A DNA stretch of 64,000 nucleotides from the NCBI GenBank assembly GCA_040217195.1, contig JAVJNR010000003.1:672001-736000 (forward strand). Direction: 5' to 3'. The notes under the pieces were generated by a model. That model made no database searches, was not told where the DNA came from, and was given only the letters and a program-made list of their open reading frames with translations. This DNA is from Leptospiraceae bacterium (lineage in GTDB: Bacteria; Spirochaetota; Leptospiria; Leptospirales; Leptonemataceae). The position numbers were made by a program, and so were the translations under genes. This document shows, piece by piece, positions 59,775 through 64,000 of this stretch (its first letter is position 1; each line of letters opens with the position of its first letter).

Positions 59775-61229
59775 ATGAACCGCCCTGCTCACCTGGTGCT
59801 GGCCCGAAAGTATCGTCCATTGAAGTTTGCCGATGTGGTTGAGCAAACAACTGCGGTCCGTGCACTGCAAAATGCAGCCCTGGAAGATCGAATCGGTTCG
59901 GCTTATCTGTTTTTTGGTCCCAGAGGTGTAGGAAAAACCACAATAGCAAGGATCCTGGCACGTCGAATAAACTGCACCGACCCAAAAGAGGGGGAGCCCT
60001 GTAATCAGTGCGAATCCTGCCGATCAATTATCGACAGCAGGTCTCTAGATGTAATCGAAATAGATGCAGCATCAAACCGAAGGATCGAAGATGTAAGAGA
60101 GCTTCGCGAAAATGTGAAGTTCCAGCCGATGAATAGCAAGCGAAAGGTGTACATTATCGATGAGGTTCACATGCTTACCACGGAGTCTTTCAACGCATTG
60201 CTAAAGACCCTGGAAGAGCCGCCAGAGCATGCTGCCTTTGTCCTGGCCACCACCGAGCTGAATAAAGTTCCAGAAACCATACTTAGCCGATGCCAGGTAT
60301 TTACCTTTCGCAAGGTACCATTGCATCGGGTTCAGGAATACATGGCCGACATTTGTCGTAAGGAAAACATTGAAGCAGAAAACGATGCTCTATTCTGGAT
60401 TGCTCGCAAAGGCGATGGCTCGGTCCGAGATAGCCTGAGCTTTCTGGAACAGGCAATTAGCTTCTGCGGAAATAAAATAACATCAGAAAAAGTGCGCGAA
60501 TTGGCCGGAGTCTATCCTCTGGAATTGTTCCTTCAGCTCACAACGCTGCTTATGAATCCGGCCACCCCTTCGCAGGATCTGGCTATGCCTGTCATGGAAA
60601 TATTTGACCAGGGCGGCGATCTGAATCGTTTTATCTGGGACTACCTGGACCATCTTAGAATCATACGCTACATTCGCTCGGGCGTGGAAGATTCAGATTT
60701 TCTGGGAATTCCGGGAAGTCAAATTCAGAATATAAAGTCCAGAGCCATGGAGTTTGATCCTGCACGAATATCCTTGATTTTTGACGAAATTCATGGATTG
60801 CTCACCACCGCCTTCTTTCTTAAACTTCGCAACTCCTATGAATCTCGTATTCTGATTGAGATGGAGTTGTTGAAAATCCATGATCGTCTTAAGAAGCCTT
60901 CGGTGAGCGCACTTATCAGCAAGATCCAAAAGCTCAGTGTAAGTCTGGCAGGACAGGATTCCCGCCGGAGCGAAGATTTAATGGCTGACCTTCCGGAAGA
61001 TTCCGGTCTCACTTCGCAGGCCCAGCCGCAAAACCAGAACCCCCGACCTTCGCAGCCGCTGCCCGGCCAATCGGCGCCCGGCAAAGATCAAACACCAGGT
61101 CCATCCTCAGATAAAAGCGATTCTACAATCAAAGGTAATGATTCGATTCCGATTGAAGATGAGCTGCAAAAGCAGTTTCTTGGGACCATGGTAGATCCGG
61201 AAAGTGTGCCAAACGAACCGGACGAATAA
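59775..61229 (+). CDS. dnaX: DNA polymerase III subunit gamma/tau
   Basis: LARKYRP, GPRGVGKTT, Zn motif, IIDEVHML, FNALLKTLEEPP, SRC. Confidence 0.95.
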   Translation: MNRPAHLVLARKYRPLKFADVVEQTTAVRALQNAALEDRIGSAYLFFGPRGVGKTTIARILARRINCTDPKEGEPCNQCESCRSIIDSRSLDVIEIDAASNRRIEDVRELRENVKFQPMNSKRKVYIIDEVHMLTTESFNALLKTLEEPPEHAAFVLATTELNKVPETILSRCQVFTFRKVPLHRVQEYMADICRKENIEAENDALFWIARKGDGSVRDSLSFLEQAISFCGNKITSEKVRELAGVYPLELFLQLTTLLMNPATPSQDLAMPVMEIFDQGGDLNRFIWDYLDHLRIIRYIRSGVEDSDFLGIPGSQIQNIKSRAMEFDPARISLIFDEIHGLLTTAFFLKLRNSYESRILIEMELLKIHDRLKKPSVSALISKIQKLSVSLAGQDSRRSEDLMADLPEDSGLTSQAQPQNQNPRPSQPLPGQSAPGKDQTPGPSSDKSDSTIKGNDSIPIEDELQKQFLGTMVDPESVPNEPDE

Positions 61230-61249
61230 GGGGCATCAGGAGAAATGCA

Positions 61250-61576
61250 ATGGAGAACATGAATTTTTCAGATTTGTTCAAAAATCTGGGCGGAATGAAA
61301 TCTAAAATGGAAGAAGCCAAACGTAAAATCGAAAGAATTACGGTGTCCGGTGAATCCGGGGCGGGCATGGTCACAGCCAAAATGGATGGCTCCGGAAAGC
61401 TTCTTTCTGTTTCTGTGGATGAAAGACTACTGGATCCCAAAGAGAAAGATCTGATGGAAGAATTGATTACAGGCGCCGTAAACGATGCTCAAGCGAAAAT
61501 GAAAGAAGCGGTGGCCCATGAAATCAAGTCTGCAACAGGAATGGATATTCCAGGCCTTGGTGGAATGTTTGGATAA
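61250..61576 (+). CDS. ybaB: YbaB/EbfC nucleoid-associated protein
   Basis: GESGAGMV, ELITGAVNDA; lies between dnaX and recR. Confidence 0.9.
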   Translation: MENMNFSDLFKNLGGMKSKMEEAKRKIERITVSGESGAGMVTAKMDGSGKLLSVSVDERLLDPKEKDLMEELITGAVNDAQAKMKEAVAHEIKSATGMDIPGLGGMFG

Positions 61577-62172
61577 TGCAATTCCCTGCGCTGGAACAGC
61601 TAGTAGATGTGCTTGGATCTTTACCGGGTGTGGGCAAAAAATCTGCAAGGCGAATTGCTTTTCATATCCTGAAATCCGATCCGGAAGTTAGCAGACGACT
61701 CAGTGATTCCGTAGCTCATCTGCGAAAGGAAGTGCGTTTCTGTGCTCAGTGCGGTGGCCTTTCTCAATCAGAATTGTGTCACATTTGTTCCGATACACAT
61801 AGAAATCAAAGACTGCTGTGCGTTGTGGAGGATCCATCGGACATCTTTTCCATCGAAGACACAGGAGAATTCAGCGGACTCTACCATGTATTGATGGGAG
61901 CTCTATCTCCTCTGGACGGCATAGGCCCGGATGATCTTCGCATTCAAGAATTAAGCCAGAGGATTGAAACCCATCCTTTTGATGAGATCTTTATTGCCAC
62001 AAATCCTACTCTGGAAGGGGATGCAACAGCTCATTATATCTCTGAACTATTCGCTCACCGTGGATTTCGGTTTACACGAATTTCGCATGGCATCGCCACC
62101 GGGGCAAGCATCGAATATGCAGATAAAGGAACCCTGGCCAGATCCATACGCGAAAGAAAATCCCTGGAATGA
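61576..62172 (+). CDS. recR: Recombination mediator RecR
   Basis: LPGVGKKSARR, C4 zinc finger, YHVLMGALSPLDG, ATNPTLEGDAT. Confidence 0.95.
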   Translation: MQFPALEQLVDVLGSLPGVGKKSARRIAFHILKSDPEVSRRLSDSVAHLRKEVRFCAQCGGLSQSELCHICSDTHRNQRLLCVVEDPSDIFSIEDTGEFSGLYHVLMGALSPLDGIGPDDLRIQELSQRIETHPFDEIFIATNPTLEGDATAHYISELFAHRGFRFTRISHGIATGASIEYADKGTLARSIRERKSLE

Positions 62173-62236
62173 AAGATTTCCCCGGATCGATTATATACTT
62201 CACTCACATCATTGGCCCTATCCTTTATTAGTTTTT

Positions 62237-63181
62237 CTATTTATTCGTCTGTGATGATAGAGCGACGCTCGAGCGAGACGTAATATAGACTCCAGCCAGC
62301 ACAATCGAAGCTCCCAACCATTGATACATATGAGGCCAGGCTCCCAGGGCGATGGAAAGAAGCATCGCAAATACCGGCACCAGGTTGATAAATACAGAAG
62401 CCCTTGGAGCACCCAGGGCTCTCACTCCTTGATACCAGAATAGAAAGGCAAAACCGGATGCAAATAGTCCCAGGTACATTAAATGAAGCCAGGCCAGGCC
62501 ATAGACAGTGATGTCCAGAAGCTCCCAGGCAGGAAAACTGAACTCCTCACTGAATGGAAGCCAGCCCAGATACTCAAGTATACCCAGCGGCAGAAGTAGT
62601 AAGGCTCCAATGATGCAAGCTACAGTGGTGGTGCCCAGAACCGGCTGGGATTGCAGCACCTCTCTTCCCTTTACGGAATAGAAAGCCCAGCATATGGATG
62701 CACCAAAGATAAAAATGTCTCCTATCCTGAACTCCAGTGCTGAAAGCACAGCCCAGGAACCCTGGCTAAAGACCAGAATCAGGCCCAGAAAAGATAAAGC
62801 AATCCCTGCCCATCGCATCGCACTGGAATGTTCCTTTTTCCAGATACTACTGACCAGAGCCGTTACGGCCGGATTAGCAGCAACGATGAGTGATCCGGTG
62901 ACTGGATCACTGAGCTTAATGCCCATGAAAAAGCAAAGATTATAGAAGAACACTCCAACGATTCCAAGAAAAAGCAGATCCCGTTTCTGAGCTGCAGTGC
63001 GCATAGCGGGCCATCCACCATAGATGCTTGTTAAGACCGAAAGGAATGCACTGGCAAAAAAGAATCGAAAGAATGCGGCCAGATAGACTGGAAATACCTG
63101 AACCACCGCTGTAACTGAGAAAAAGGCCAGAGACCAGAAGAAAGCGGTGGCAATAAGACGAACATAGAAGCCCCTGTACAC
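62237..63181 (-). CDS. DMT/EamA family transporter
   Basis: FFWS, AFFRF, FLFWYQGV..RASVFINLVPV. Confidence 0.85.
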   Translation of the reverse strand: MYRGFYVRLIATAFFWSLAFFSVTAVVQVFPVYLAAFFRFFFASAFLSVLTSIYGGWPAMRTAAQKRDLLFLGIVGVFFYNLCFFMGIKLSDPVTGSLIVAANPAVTALVSSIWKKEHSSAMRWAGIALSFLGLILVFSQGSWAVLSALEFRIGDIFIFGASICWAFYSVKGREVLQSQPVLGTTTVACIIGALLLLPLGILEYLGWLPFSEEFSFPAWELLDITVYGLAWLHLMYLGLFASGFAFLFWYQGVRALGAPRASVFINLVPVFAMLLSIALGAWPHMYQWLGASIVLAGVYITSRSSVALSSQTNK

Positions 63182-63326
63182 AGACCCAGTCCATGAAGTC
63201 CGAACCTGGACACAAGTGGATTTGACGGATCAGGAATCGGAAGAGAGGCCTCCTGGCTGCGGCAGGATTTGCCCGATGCGGTGCATTCTCTTGCTCGCAG
63301 AAGAGTAGCTATTTTACAGTGTCAAT

Positions 63327-64000
63327 ATGAAACTATCCGGGGATTGGGTCATTGCTACGAGTCTGGGACTGGGACTTTTTATCATATATTTGAGCGCGCC
63401 GGTTTATTATGGTTCCGATGCAGAATACGCGGTACCCCAGATTGTCTCTATCTTGCAGCATGGAGATCAGAACCTGGATGAGTACGCTCATCTTTATAAA
63501 AAGCAATACCAGATTCTAAAAATAAACGGGCATTATTACGATGCATTTCCATTTGGAACGGTCTATCTTGGACTGGTACCGGCCCTTTTCCTTCAACTCA
63601 TCTATGATCCGAATTACATAAGCCTGCACAGGGAAGAGTTCGCCCTCATAATTGCCGGCATTCTGATGGCACTCGCATCTTCTATTTTCTATCGCCTGGG
63701 CAGACTGAATCATCTTTCCCTTCCAAAATCATTGTTACTGGCCTTGATCGCCGGACTTGGAACGTCCATTCTATCCACTGGGAGTCGGGCGTTGTGGCAA
63801 CAATCAGGCATAATGCTGATGTACACTCTGATTCTCTATTGCTACGAGTATTACCGGAAAACGGAAAGACCGATATGGATTGGCTTTATCAGCCTCTTGC
63901 TGGGCTTTTCCTTTGCCGTCAGACCACTGAGCGCTATACTAATCGTTTGCCTGGGAATCCAACTGTTTCTCACCCATTGGAAGAAGCCCCGGACCTTGCT
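63327..64000 (+). CDS. Polytopic membrane protein, GT-C (ArnT/PMT-like) glycosyltransferase; 3' end outside the window and absent from the ORF track
   Basis: Own translation: MKLSGDWVIATSLGLGLFIIY..GSD..NLDEY..FPFG..STGSRALWQQ..AVRP; no stop seen before the window end. Confidence 0.6.
   Translation, partial: MKLSGDWVIATSLGLGLFIIYLSAPVYYGSDAEYAVPQIVSILQHGDQNLDEYAHLYKKQYQILKINGHYYDAFPFGTVYLGLVPALFLQLIYDPNYISLHREEFALIIAGILMALASSIFYRLGRLNHLSLPKSLLLALIAGLGTSILSTGSRALWQQSGIMLMYTLILYCYEYYRKTERPIWIGFISLLLGFSFAVRPLSAILIVCLGIQLFLTHWKKPRTL

Overview
Gene-dense chromosomal backbone, about 50% GC by eye. It most likely comes from a free-living member of the Leptospiraceae; this is inferred from DUF1577-like, LA_0442/LA_0875-like, SpoIIE-HAMP-TPR and spirochaete-style lipoprotein genes. 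About 50 CDS are present. They include housekeeping genes (pdhC end, pyrE, lnt, fliY/N, xerD, glyQS, panD, bioA, PPi-PFK, etfAB, pth, dnaX-ybaB-recR), signalling proteins (two PP2C/SpoIIE, HD-GYP, PilZ-like, an Amt-MCP fusion) and two SET-domain proteins. No rRNA, tRNA, cas gene, transposase or prophage was recognised. The most striking unexplained structure is a non-coding array at 58586-59058. It has two blocks of five 11-bp direct repeats (consensus TTATGTC[G/A/T]CAT, similar to the XerD arm of dif) at a modal 29-bp period, separated by unique 18-22-bp spacers. A dif-like inverted pair of related arms lies just upstream of xerD. Also notable are an ammonium-transporter/chemoreceptor fusion, a SET protein with a histone-H1-like lysine-rich tail, a sigma54-driven beta-barrel gene, and a duplicated four-hairpin element with an inverted loop. 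All product calls come from motif recognition by eye; no database searches were run.
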